A stretch of 64,000 nt of DNA from Naegleria gruberi (taxonomy: Eukaryota): assembly GCA_000004985.1 (NCBI GenBank), contig GG738894.1; one strand, written 5' to 3'. The first letter of the stretch is position 1. The number at the start of each line of letters is the position of its first letter. A program made the translations under genes and the position numbers. Of the stretch, positions 30,501 through 42,500 are shown piece by piece. The notes beneath the pieces were generated by a model. The model was given only the letters and a program-made list of their open reading frames with translations, was not told where the DNA came from and did no database searches.

Positions 30501-33500
30501 NNNNNNNNNNNNNNNNNNNNNNNNNNNNNNNNNNNNNNNNNNNNNNNNNNNNNNNNNNNNNNNNNNNNNNNNNNNNNNNNNNNNNNNNNNNNNNNNNNNN
30601 NNNNNNNNNNNNNNNNNNNNNNNNNNNNNNNNNNNNNNNNNNNNNNNNNNNNNNNNNNNNNNNNNNNNNNNNNNNNNNNNNNNNNNNNNNNNNNNNNNNN
30701 NNNNNNNNNNNNNNNNNNNNNNNNNNNNNNNNNNNNNNNNNNNNNNNNNNNNNNNNNNNNNNNNNNNNNNNNNNNNNNNNNNNNNNNNNNNNNNNNNNNN
30801 NNNNNNNNNNNNNNNNNNNNNNNNNNNNNNNNNNNNNNNNNNNNNNNNNNNNNNNNNNNNNNNNNNNNNNNNNNNNNNNNNNNNNNNNNNNNNNNNNNNN
30901 NNNNNNNNNNNNNNNNNNNNNNNNNNNNNNNNNNNNNNNNNNNNNNNNNNNNNNNNNNNNNNNNNNNNNNNNNNNNNNNNNNNNNNNNNNNNNNNNNNNN
31001 NNNNNNNNNNNNNNNNNNNNNNNNNNNNNNNNNNNNNNNNNNNNNNNNNNNNNNNNNNNNNNNNNNNNNNNNNNNNNNNNNNNNNNNNNNNNNNNNNNNN
31101 NNNNNNNNNNNNNNNNNNNNNNNNNNNNNNNNNNNNNNNNNNNNNNNNNNNNNNNNNNNNNNNNNNNNNNNNNNNNNNNNNNNNNNNNNNNNNNNNNNNN
31201 NNNNNNNNNNNNNNNNNNNNNNNNNNNNNNNNNNNNNNNNNNNNNNNNNNNNNNNNNNNNNNNNNNNNNNNNNNNNNNNNNNNNNNNNNNNNNNNNNNNN
31301 NNNNNNNNNNNNNNNNNNNNNNNNNNNNNNNNNNNNNNNNNNNNNNNNNNNNNNNNNNNNNNNNNNNNNNNNNNNNNNNNNNNNNNNNNNNNNNNNNNNN
31401 NNNNNNNNNNNNNNNNNNNNNNNNNNNNNNNNNNNNNNNNNNNNNNNNNNNNNNNNNNNNNNNNNNNNNNNNNNNNNNNNNNNNNNNNNNNNNNNNNNNN
31501 NNNNNNNNNNNNNNNNNNNNNNNNNNNNNNNNNNNNNNNNNNNNNNNNNNNNNNNNNNNNNNNNNNNNNNNNNNNNNNNNNNNNNNNNNNNNNNNNNNNN
31601 NNNNNNNNNNNNNNNNNNNNNNNNNNNNNNNNNNNNNNNNNNNNNNNNNNNNNNNNNNNNNNNNNNNNNNNNNNNNNNNNNNNNNNNNNNNNNNNNNNNN
31701 NNNNNNNNNNNNNNNNNNNNNNNNNNNNNNNNNNNNNNNNNNNNNNNNNNNNNNNNNNNNNNNNNNNNNNNNNNNNNNNNNNNNNNNNNNNNNNNNNNNN
31801 NNNNNNNNNNNNNNNNNNNNNNNNNNNNNNNNNNNNNNNNNNNNNNNNNNNNNNNNNNNNNNNNNNNNNNNNNNNNNNNNNNNNNNNNNNNNNNNNNNNN
31901 NNNNNNNNNNNNNNNNNNNNNNNNNNNNNNNNNNNNNNNNNNNNNNNNNNNNNNNNNNNNNNNNNNNNNNNNNNNNNNNNNNNNNNNNNNNNNNNNNNNN
32001 NNNNNNNNNNNNNNNNNNNNNNNNNNNNNNNNNNNNNNNNNNNNNNNNNNNNNNNNNNNNNNNNNNNNNNNNNNNNNNNNNNNNNNNNNNNNNNNNNNNN
32101 NNNNNNNNNNNNNNNNNNNNNNNNNNNNNNNNNNNNNNNNNNNNNNNNNNNNNNNNNNNNNNNNNNNNNNNNNNNNNNNNNNNNNNNNNNNNNNNNNNNN
32201 NNNNNNNNNNNNNNNNNNNNNNNNNNNNNNNNNNNNNNNNNNNNNNNNNNNNNNNNNNNNNNNNNNNNNNNNNNNNNNNNNNNNNNNNNNNNNNNNNNNN
32301 NNNNNNNNNNNNNNNNNNNNNNNNNNNNNNNNNNNNNNNNNNNNNNNNNNNNNNNNNNNNNNNNNNNNNNNNNNNNNNNNNNNNNNNNNNNNNNNNNNNN
32401 NNNNNNNNNNNNNNNNNNNNNNNNNNNNNNNNNNNNNNNNNNNNNNNNNNNNNNNNNNNNNNNNNNNNNNNNNNNNNNNNNNNNNNNNNNNNNNNNNNNN
32501 NNNNNNNNNNNNNNNNNNNNNNNNNNNNNNNNNNNNNNNNNNNNNNNNNNNNNNNNNNNNNNNNNNNNNNNNNNNNNNNNNNNNNNNNNNNNNNNNNNNN
32601 NNNNNNNNNNNNNNNNNNNNNNNNNNNNNNNNNNNNNNNNNNNNNNNNNNNNNNNNNNNNNNNNNNNNNNNNNNNNNNNNNNNNNNNNNNNNNNNNNNNN
32701 NNNNNNNNNNNNNNNNNNNNNNNNNNNNNNNNNNNNNNNNNNNNNNNNNNNNNNNNNNNNNNNNNNNNNNNNNNNNNNNNNNNNNNNNNNNNNNNNNNNN
32801 NNNNNNNNNNNNNNNNNNNNNNNNNNNNNNNNNNNNNNNNNNNNNNNNNNNNNNNNNNNNNNNNNNNNNNNNNNNNNNNNNNNNNNNNNNNNNNNNNNNN
32901 NNNNNNNNNNNNNNNNNNNNNNNNNNNNNNNNNNNNNNNNNNNNNNNNNNNNNNNNNNNNNNNNNNNNNNNNNNNNNNNNNNNNNNNNNNNNNNNNNNNN
33001 NNNNNNNNNNNNNNNNNNNNNNNNNNNNNNNNNNNNNNNNNNNNNNNNNNNNNNNNNNNNNNNNNNNNNNNNNNNNNNNNNNNNNNNNNNNNNNNNNNNN
33101 NNNNNNNNNNNNNNNNNNNNNNNNNNNNNNNNNNNNNNNNNNNNNNNNNNNNNNNNNNNNNNNNNNNNNNNNNNNNNNNNNNNNNNNNNNNNNNNNNNNN
33201 NNNNNNNNNNNNNNNNNNNNNNNNNNNNNNNNNNNNNNNNNNNNNNNNNNNNNNNNNNNNNNNNNNNNNNNNNNNNNNNNNNNNNNNNNNNNNNNNNNNN
33301 NNNNNNNNNNNNNNNNNNNNNNNNNNNNNNNNNNNNNNNNNNNNNNNNNNNNNNNNNNNNNNNNNNNNNNNNNNNNNNNNNNNNNNNNNNNNNNNNNNNN
33401 NNNNNNNNNNNNNNNNNNNNNNNNNNNNNNNNNNNNNNNNNNNNNNNNNNNNNNNNNNNNNNNNNNNNNNNNNNNNNNNNNNNNNNNNNNNNNNNNNNNN

Positions 33501-36500
33501 NNNNNNNNNNNNNNNNNNNNNNNNNNNNNNNNNNNNNNNNNNNNNNNNNNNNNNNNNNNNNNNNNNNNNNNNNNNNNNNNNNNNNNNNNNNNNNNNNNNN
33601 NNNNNNNNNNNNNNNNNNNNNNNNNNNNNNNNNNNNNNNNNNNNNNNNNNNNNNNNNNNNNNNNNNNNNNNNNNNNNNNNNNNNNNNNNNNNNNNNNNNN
33701 NNNNNNNNNNNNNNNNNNNNNNNNNNNNNNNNNNNNNNNNNNNNNNNNNNNNNNNNNNNNNNNNNNNNNNNNNNNNNNNNNNNNNNNNNNNNNNNNNNNN
33801 NNNNNNNNNNNNNNNNNNNNNNNNNNNNNNNNNNNNNNNNNNNNNNNNNNNNNNNNNNNNNNNNNNNNNNNNNNNNNNNNNNNNNNNNNNNNNNNNNNNN
33901 NNNNNNNNNNNNNNNNNNNNNNNNNNNNNNNNNNNNNNNNNNNNNNNNNNNNNNNNNNNNNNNNNNNNNNNNNNNNNNNNNNNNNNNNNNNNNNNNNNNN
34001 NNNNNNNNNNNNNNNNNNNNNNNNNNNNNNNNNNNNNNNNNNNNNNNNNNNNNNNNNNNNNNNNNNNNNNNNNNNNNNNNNNNNNNNNNNNNNNNNNNNN
34101 NNNNNNNNNNNNNNNNNNNNNNNNNNNNNNNNNNNNNNNNNNNNNNNNNNNNNNNNNNNNNNNNNNNNNNNNNNNNNNNNNNNNNNNNNNNNNNNNNNNN
34201 NNNNNNNNNNNNNNNNNNNNNNNNNNNNNNNNNNNNNNNNNNNNNNNNNNNNNNNNNNNNNNNNNNNNNNNNNNNNNNNNNNNNNNNNNNNNNNNNNNNN
34301 NNNNNNNNNNNNNNNNNNNNNNNNNNNNNNNNNNNNNNNNNNNNNNNNNNNNNNNNNNNNNNNNNNNNNNNNNNNNNNNNNNNNNNNNNNNNNNNNNNNN
34401 NNNNNNNNNNNNNNNNNNNNNNNNNNNNNNNNNNNNNNNNNNNNNNNNNNNNNNNNNNNNNNNNNNNNNNNNNNNNNNNNNNNNNNNNNNNNNNNNNNNN
34501 NNNNNNNNNNNNNNNNNNNNNNNNNNNNNNNNNNNNNNNNNNNNNNNNNNNNNNNNNNNNNNNNNNNNNNNNNNNNNNNNNNNNNNNNNNNNNNNNNNNN
34601 NNNNNNNNNNNNNNNNNNNNNNNNNNNNNNNNNNNNNNNNNNNNNNNNNNNNNNNNNNNNNNNNNNNNNNNNNNNNNNNNNNNNNNNNNNNNNNNNNNNN
34701 NNNNNNNNNNNNNNNNNNNNNNNNNNNNNNNNNNNNNNNNNNNNNNNNNNNNNNNNNNNNNNNNNNNNNNNNNNNNNNNNNNNNNNNNNNNNNNNNNNNN
34801 NNNNNNNNNNNNNNNNNNNNNNNNNNNNNNNNNNNNNNNNNNNNNNNNNNNNNNNNNNNNNNNNNNNNNNNNNNNNNNNNNNNNNNNNNNNNNNNNNNNN
34901 NNNNNNNNNNNNNNNNNNNNNNNNNNNNNNNNNNNNNNNNNNNNNNNNNNNNNNNNNNNNNNNNNNNNNNNNNNNNNNNNNNNNNNNNNNNNNNNNNNNN
35001 NNNNNNNNNNNNNNNNNNNNNNNNNNNNNNNNNNNNNNNNNNNNNNNNNNNNNNNNNNNNNNNNNNNNNNNNNNNNNNNNNNNNNNNNNNNNNNNNNNNN
35101 NNNNNNNNNNNNNNNNNNNNNNNNNNNNNNNNNNNNNNNNNNNNNNNNNNNNNNNNNNNNNNNNNNNNNNNNNNNNNNNNNNNNNNNNNNNNNNNNNNNN
35201 NNNNNNNNNNNNNNNNNNNNNNNNNNNNNNNNNNNNNNNNNNNNNNNNNNNNNNNNNNNNNNNNNNNNNNNNNNNNNNNNNNNNNNNNNNNNNNNNNNNN
35301 NNNNNNNNNNNNNNNNNNNNNNNNNNNNNNNNNNNNNNNNNNNNNNNNNNNNNNNNNNNNNNNNNNNNNNNNNNNNNNNNNNNNNNNNNNNNNNNNNNNN
35401 NNNNNNNNNNNNNNNNNNNNNNNNNNNNNNNNNNNNNNNNNNNNNNNNNNNNNNNNNNNNNNNNNNNNNNNNNNNNNNNNNNNNNNNNNNNNNNNNNNNN
35501 NNNNNNNNNNNNNNNNNNNNNNNNNNNNNNNNNNNNNNNNNNNNNNNNNNNNNNNNNNNNNNNNNNNNNNNNNNNNNNNNNNNNNNNNNNNNNNNNNNNN
35601 NNNNNNNNNNNNNNNNNNNNNNNNNNNNNNNNNNNNNNNNNNNNNNNNNNNNNNNNNNNNNNNNNNNNNNNNNNNNNNNNNNNNNNNNNNNNNNNNNNNN
35701 NNNNNNNNNNNNNNNNNNNNNNNNNNNNNNNNNNNNNNNNNNNNNNNNNNNNNNNNNNNNNNNNNNNNNNNNNNNNNNNNNNNNNNNNNNNNNNNNNNNN
35801 NNNNNNNNNNNNNNNNNNNNNNNNNNNNNNNNNNNNNNNNNNNNNNNNNNNNNNNNNNNNNNNNNNNNNNNNNNNNNNNNNNNNNNNNNNNNNNNNNNNN
35901 NNNNNNNNNNNNNNNNNNNNNNNNNNNNNNNNNNNNNNNNNNNNNNNNNNNNNNNNNNNNNNNNNNNNNNNNNNNNNNNNNNNNNNNNNNNNNNNNNNNN
36001 NNNNNNNNNNNNNNNNNNNNNNNNNNNNNNNNNNNNNNNNNNNNNNNNNNNNNNNNNNNNNNNNNNNNNNNNNNNNNNNNNNNNNNNNNNNNNNNNNNNN
36101 NNNNNNNNNNNNNNNNNNNNNNNNNNNNNNNNNNNNNNNNNNNNNNNNNNNNNNNNNNNNNNNNNNNNNNNNNNNNNNNNNNNNNNNNNNNNNNNNNNNN
36201 NNNNNNNNNNNNNNNNNNNNNNNNNNNNNNNNNNNNNNNNNNNNNNNNNNNNNNNNNNNNNNNNNNNNNNNNNNNNNNNNNNNNNNNNNNNNNNNNNNNN
36301 NNNNNNNNNNNNNNNNNNNNNNNNNNNNNNNNNNNNNNNNNNNNNNNNNNNNNNNNNNNNNNNNNNNNNNNNNNNNNNNNNNNNNNNNNNNNNNNNNNNN
36401 NNNNNNNNNNNNNNNNNNNNNNNNNNNNNNNNNNNNNNNNNNNNNNNNNNNNNNNNNNNNNNNNNNNNNNNNNNNNNNNNNNNNNNNNNNNNNNNNNNNN

Positions 36501-39500
36501 NNNNNNNNNNNNNNNNNNNNNNNNNNNNNNNNNNNNNNNNNNNNNNNNNNNNNNNNNNNNNNNNNNNNNNNNNNNNNNNNNNNNNNNNNNNNNNNNNNNN
36601 NNNNNNNNNNNNNNNNNNNNNNNNNNNNNNNNNNNNNNNNNNNNNNNNNNNNNNNNNNNNNNNNNNNNNNNNNNNNNNNNNNNNNNNNNNNNNNNNNNNN
36701 NNNNNNNNNNNNNNNNNNNNNNNNNNNNNNNNNNNNNNNNNNNNNNNNNNNNNNNNNNNNNNNNNNNNNNNNNNNNNNNNNNNNNNNNNNNNNNNNNNNN
36801 NNNNNNNNNNNNNNNNNNNNNNNNNNNNNNNNNNNNNNNNNNNNNNNNNNNNNNNNNNNNNNNNNNNNNNNNNNNNNNNNNNNNNNNNNNNNNNNNNNNN
36901 NNNNNNNNNNNNNNNNNNNNNNNNNNNNNNNNNNNNNNNNNNNNNNNNNNNNNNNNNNNNNNNNNNNNNNNNNNNNNNNNNNNNNNNNNNNNNNNNNNNN
37001 NNNNNNNNNNNNNNNNNNNNNNNNNNNNNNNNNNNNNNNNNNNNNNNNNNNNNNNNNNNNNNNNNNNNNNNNNNNNNNNNNNNNNNNNNNNNNNNNNNNN
37101 NNNNNNNNNNNNNNNNNNNNNNNNNNNNNNNNNNNNNNNNNNNNNNNNNNNNNNNNNNNNNNNNNNNNNNNNNNNNNNNNNNNNNNNNNNNNNNNNNNNN
37201 NNNNNNNNNNNNNNNNNNNNNNNNNNNNNNNNNNNNNNNNNNNNNNNNNNNNNNNNNNNNNNNNNNNNNNNNNNNNNNNNNNNNNNNNNNNNNNNNNNNN
37301 NNNNNNNNNNNNNNNNNNNNNNNNNNNNNNNNNNNNNNNNNNNNNNNNNNNNNNNNNNNNNNNNNNNNNNNNNNNNNNNNNNNNNNNNNNNNNNNNNNNN
37401 NNNNNNNNNNNNNNNNNNNNNNNNNNNNNNNNNNNNNNNNNNNNNNNNNNNNNNNNNNNNNNNNNNNNNNNNNNNNNNNNNNNNNNNNNNNNNNNNNNNN
37501 NNNNNNNNNNNNNNNNNNNNNNNNNNNNNNNNNNNNNNNNNNNNNNNNNNNNNNNNNNNNNNNNNNNNNNNNNNNNNNNNNNNNNNNNNNNNNNNNNNNN
37601 NNNNNNNNNNNNNNNNNNNNNNNNNNNNNNNNNNNNNNNNNNNNNNNNNNNNNNNNNNNNNNNNNNNNNNNNNNNNNNNNNNNNNNNNNNNNNNNNNNNN
37701 NNNNNNNNNNNNNNNNNNNNNNNNNNNNNNNNNNNNNNNNNNNNNNNNNNNNNNNNNNNNNNNNNNNNNNNNNNNNNNNNNNNNNNNNNNNNNNNNNNNN
37801 NNNNNNNNNNNNNNNNNNNNNNNNNNNNNNNNNNNNNNNNNNNNNNNNNNNNNNNNNNNNNNNNNNNNNNNNNNNNNNNNNNNNNNNNNNNNNNNNNNNN
37901 NNNNNNNNNNNNNNNNNNNNNNNNNNNNNNNNNNNNNNNNNNNNNNNNNNNNNNNNNNNNNNNNNNNNNNNNNNNNNNNNNNNNNNNNNNNNNNNNNNNN
38001 NNNNNNNNNNNNNNNNNNNNNNNNNNNNNNNNNNNNNNNNNNNNNNNNNNNNNNNNNNNNNNNNNNNNNNNNNNNNNNNNNNNNNNNNNNNNNNNNNNNN
38101 NNNNNNNNNNNNNNNNNNNNNNNNNNNNNNNNNNNNNNNNNNNNNNNNNNNNNNNNNNNNNNNNNNNNNNNNNNNNNNNNNNNNNNNNNNNNNNNNNNNN
38201 NNNNNNNNNNNNNNNNNNNNNNNNNNNNNNNNNNNNNNNNNNNNNNNNNNNNNNNNNNNNNNNNNNNNNNNNNNNNNNNNNNNNNNNNNNNNNNNNNNNN
38301 NNNNNNNNNNNNNNNNNNNNNNNNNNNNNNNNNNNNNNNNNNNNNNNNNNNNNNNNNNNNNNNNNNNNNNNNNNNNNNNNNNNNNNNNNNNNNNNNNNNN
38401 NNNNNNNNNNNNNNNNNNNNNNNNNNNNNNNNNNNNNNNNNNNNNNNNNNNNNNNNNNNNNNNNNNNNNNNNNNNNNNNNNNNNNNNNNNNNNNNNNNNN
38501 NNNNNNNNNNNNNNNNNNNNNNNNNNNNNNNNNNNNNNNNNNNNNNNNNNNNNNNNNNNNNNNNNNNNNNNNNNNNNNNNNNNNNNNNNNNNNNNNNNNN
38601 NNNNNNNNNNNNNNNNNNNNNNNNNNNNNNNNNNNNNNNNNNNNNNNNNNNNNNNNNNNNNNNNNNNNNNNNNNNNNNNNNNNNNNNNNNNNNNNNNNNN
38701 NNNNNNNNNNNNNNNNNNNNNNNNNNNNNNNNNNNNNNNNNNNNNNNNNNNNNNNNNNNNNNNNNNNNNNNNNNNNNNNNNNNNNNNNNNNNNNNNNNNN
38801 NNNNNNNNNNNNNNNNNNNNNNNNNNNNNNNNNNNNNNNNNNNNNNNNNNNNNNNNNNNNNNNNNNNNNNNNNNNNNNNNNNNNNNNNNNNNNNNNNNNN
38901 NNNNNNNNNNNNNNNNNNNNNNNNNNNNNNNNNNNNNNNNNNNNNNNNNNNNNNNNNNNNNNNNNNNNNNNNNNNNNNNNNNNNNNNNNNNNNNNNNNNN
39001 NNNNNNNNNNNNNNNNNNNNNNNNNNNNNNNNNNNNNNNNNNNNNNNNNNNNNNNNNNNNNNNNNNNNNNNNNNNNNNNNNNNNNNNNNNNNNNNNNNNN
39101 NNNNNNNNNNNNNNNNNNNNNNNNNNNNNNNNNNNNNNNNNNNNNNNNNNNNNNNNNNNNNNNNNNNNNNNNNNNNNNNNNNNNNNNNNNNNNNNNNNNN
39201 NNNNNNNNNNNNNNNNNNNNNNNNNNNNNNNNNNNNNNNNNNNNNNNNNNNNNNNNNNNNNNNNNNNNNNNNNNNNNNNNNNNNNNNNNNNNNNNNNNNN
39301 NNNNNNNNNNNNNNNNNNNNNNNNNNNNNNNNNNNNNNNNNNNNNNNNNNNNNNNNNNNNNNNNNNNNNNNNNNNNNNNNNNNNNNNNNNNNNNNNNNNN
39401 NNNNNNNNNNNNNNNNNNNNNNNNNNNNNNNNNNNNNNNNNNNNNNNNNNNNNNNNNNNNNNNNNNNNNNNNNNNNNNNNNNNNNNNNNNNNNNNNNNNN

Positions 39501-42500
39501 NNNNNNNNNNNNNNNNNNNNNNNNNNNNNNNNNNNNNNNNNNNNNNNNNNNNNNNNNNNNNNNNNNNNNNNNNNNNNNNNNNNNNNNNNNNNNNNNNNNN
39601 NNNNNNNNNNNNNNNNNNNNNNNNNNNNNNNNNNNNNNNNNNNNNNNNNNNNNNNNNNNNNNNNNNNNNNNNNNNNNNNNNNNNNNNNNNNNNNNNNNNN
39701 NNNNNNNNNNNNNNNNNNNNNNNNNNNNNNNNNNNNNNNNNNNNNNNNNNNNNNNNNNNNNNNNNNNNNNNNNNNNNNNNNNNNNNNNNNNNNNNNNNNN
39801 NNNNNNNNNNNNNNNNNNNNNNNNNNNNNNNNNNNNNNNNNNNNNNNNNNNNNNNNNNNNNNNNNNNNNNNNNNNNNNNNNNNNNNNNNNNNNNNNNNNN
39901 NNNNNNNNNNNNNNNNNNNNNNNNNNNNNNNNNNNNNNNNNNNNNNNNNNNNNNNNNNNNNNNNNNNNNNNNNNNNNNNNNNNNNNNNNNNNNNNNNNNN
40001 NNNNNNNNNNNNNNNNNNNNNNNNNNNNNNNNNNNNNNNNNNNNNNNNNNNNNNNNNNNNNNNNNNNNNNNNNNNNNNNNNNNNNNNNNNNNNNNNNNNN
40101 NNNNNNNNNNNNNNNNNNNNNNNNNNNNNNNNNNNNNNNNNNNNNNNNNNNNNNNNNNNNNNNNNNNNNNNNNNNNNNNNNNNNNNNNNNNNNNNNNNNN
40201 NNNNNNNNNNNNNNNNNNNNNNNNNNNNNNNNNNNNNNNNNNNNNNNNNNNNNNNNNNNNNNNNNNNNNNNNNNNNNNNNNNNNNNNNNNNNNNNNNNNN
40301 NNNNNNNNNNNNNNNNNNNNNNNNNNNNNNNNNNNNNNNNNNNNNNNNNNNNNNNNNNNNNNNNNNNNNNNNNNNNNNNNNNNNNNNNNNNNNNNNNNNN
40401 NNNNNNNNNNNNNNNNNNNNNNNNNNNNNNNNNNNNNNNNNNNNNNNNNNNNNNNNNNNNNNNNNNNNNNNNNNNNNNNNNNNNNNNNNNNNNNNNNNNN
40501 NNNNNNNNNNNNNNNNNNNNNNNNNNNNNNNNNNNNNNNNNNNNNNNNNNNNNNNNNNNNNNNNNNNNNNNNNNNNNNNNNNNNNNNNNNNNNNNNNNNN
40601 NNNNNNNNNNNNNNNNNNNNNNNNNNNNNNNNNNNNNNNNNNNNNNNNNNNNNNNNNNNNNNNNNNNNNNNNNNNNNNNNNNNNNNNNNNNNNNNNNNNN
40701 NNNNNNNNNNNNNNNNNNNNNNNNNNNNNNNNNNNNNNNNNNNNNNNNNNNNNNNNNNNNNNNNNNNNNNNNNNNNNNNNNNNNNNNNNNNNNNNNNNNN
40801 NNNNNNNNNNNNNNNNNNNNNNNNNNNNNNNNNNNNNNNNNNNNNNNNNNNNNNNNNNNNNNNNNNNNNNNNNNNNNNNNNNNNNNNNNNNNNNNNNNNN
40901 NNNNNNNNNNNNNNNNNNNNNNNNNNNNNNNNNNNNNNNNNNNNNNNNNNNNNNNNNNNNNNNNNNNNNNNNNNNNNNNNNNNNNNNNNNNNNNNNNNNN
41001 NNNNNNNNNNNNNNNNNNNNNNNNNNNNNNNNNNNNNNNNNNNNNNNNNNNNNNNNNNNNNNNNNNNNNNNNNNNNNNNNNNNNNNNNNNNNNNNNNNNN
41101 NNNNNNNNNNNNNNNNNNNNNNNNNNNNNNNNNNNNNNNNNNNNNNNNNNNNNNNNNNNNNNNNNNNNNNNNNNNNNNNNNNNNNNNNNNNNNNNNNNNN
41201 NNNNNNNNNNNNNNNNNNNNNNNNNNNNNNNNNNNNNNNNNNNNNNNNNNNNNNNNNNNNNNNNNNNNNNNNNNNNNNNNNNNNNNNNNNNNNNNNNNNN
41301 NNNNNNNNNNNNNNNNNNNNNNNNNNNNNNNNNNNNNNNNNNNNNNNNNNNNNNNNNNNNNNNNNNNNNNNNNNNNNNNNNNNNNNNNNNNNNNNNNNNN
41401 NNNNNNNNNNNNNNNNNNNNNNNNNNNNNNNNNNNNNNNNNNNNNNNNNNNNNNNNNNNNNNNNNNNNNNNNNNNNNNNNNNNNNNNNNNNNNNNNNNNN
41501 NNNNNNNNNNNNNNNNNNNNNNNNNNNNNNNNNNNNNNNNNNNNNNNNNNNNNNNNNNNNNNNNNNNNNNNNNNNNNNNNNNNNNNNNNNNNNNNNNNNN
41601 NNNNNNNNNNNNNNNNNNNNNNNNNNNNNNNNNNNNNNNNNNNNNNNNNNNNNNNNNNNNNNNNNNNNNNNNNNNNNNNNNNNNNNNNNNNNNNNNNNNN
41701 NNNNNNNNNNNNNNNNNNNNNNNNNNNNNNNNNNNNNNNNNNNNNNNNNNNNNNNNNNNNNNNNNNNNNNNNNNNNNNNNNNNNNNNNNNNNNNNNNNNN
41801 NNNNNNNNNNNNNNNNNNNNNNNNNNNNNNNNNNNNNNNNNNNNNNNNNNNNNNNNNNNNNNNNNNNNNNNNNNNNNNNNNNNNNNNNNNNNNNNNNNNN
41901 NNNNNNNNNNNNNNNNNNNNNNNNNNNNNNNNNNNNNNNNNNNNNNNNNNNNNNNNNNNNNNNNNNNNNNNNNNNNNNNNNNNNNNNNNNNNNNNNNNNN
42001 NNNNNNNNNNNNNNNNNNNNNNNNNNNNNNNNNNNNNNNNNNNNNNNNNNNNNNNNNNNNNNNNNNNNNNNNNNNNNNNNNNNNNNNNNNNNNNNNNNNN
42101 NNNNNNNNNNNNNNNNNNNNNNNNNNNNNNNNNNNNNNNNNNNNNNNNNNNNNNNNNNNNNNNNNNNNNNNNNNNNNNNNNNNNNNNNNNNNNNNNNNNN
42201 NNNNNNNNNNNNNNNNNNNNNNNNNNNNNNNNNNNNNNNNNNNNNNNNNNNNNNNNNNNNNNNNNNNNNNNNNNNNNNNNNNNNNNNNNNNNNNNNNNNN
42301 NNNNNNNNNNNNNNNNNNNNNNNNNNNNNNNNNNNNNNNNNNNNNNNNNNNNNNNNNNNNNNNNNNNNNNNNNNNNNNNNNNNNNNNNNNNNNNNNNNNN
42401 NNNNNNNNNNNNNNNNNNNNNNNNNNNNNNNNNNNNNNNNNNNNNNNNNNNNNNNNNNNNNNNNNNNNNNNNNNNNNNNNNNNNNNNNNNNNNNNNNNNN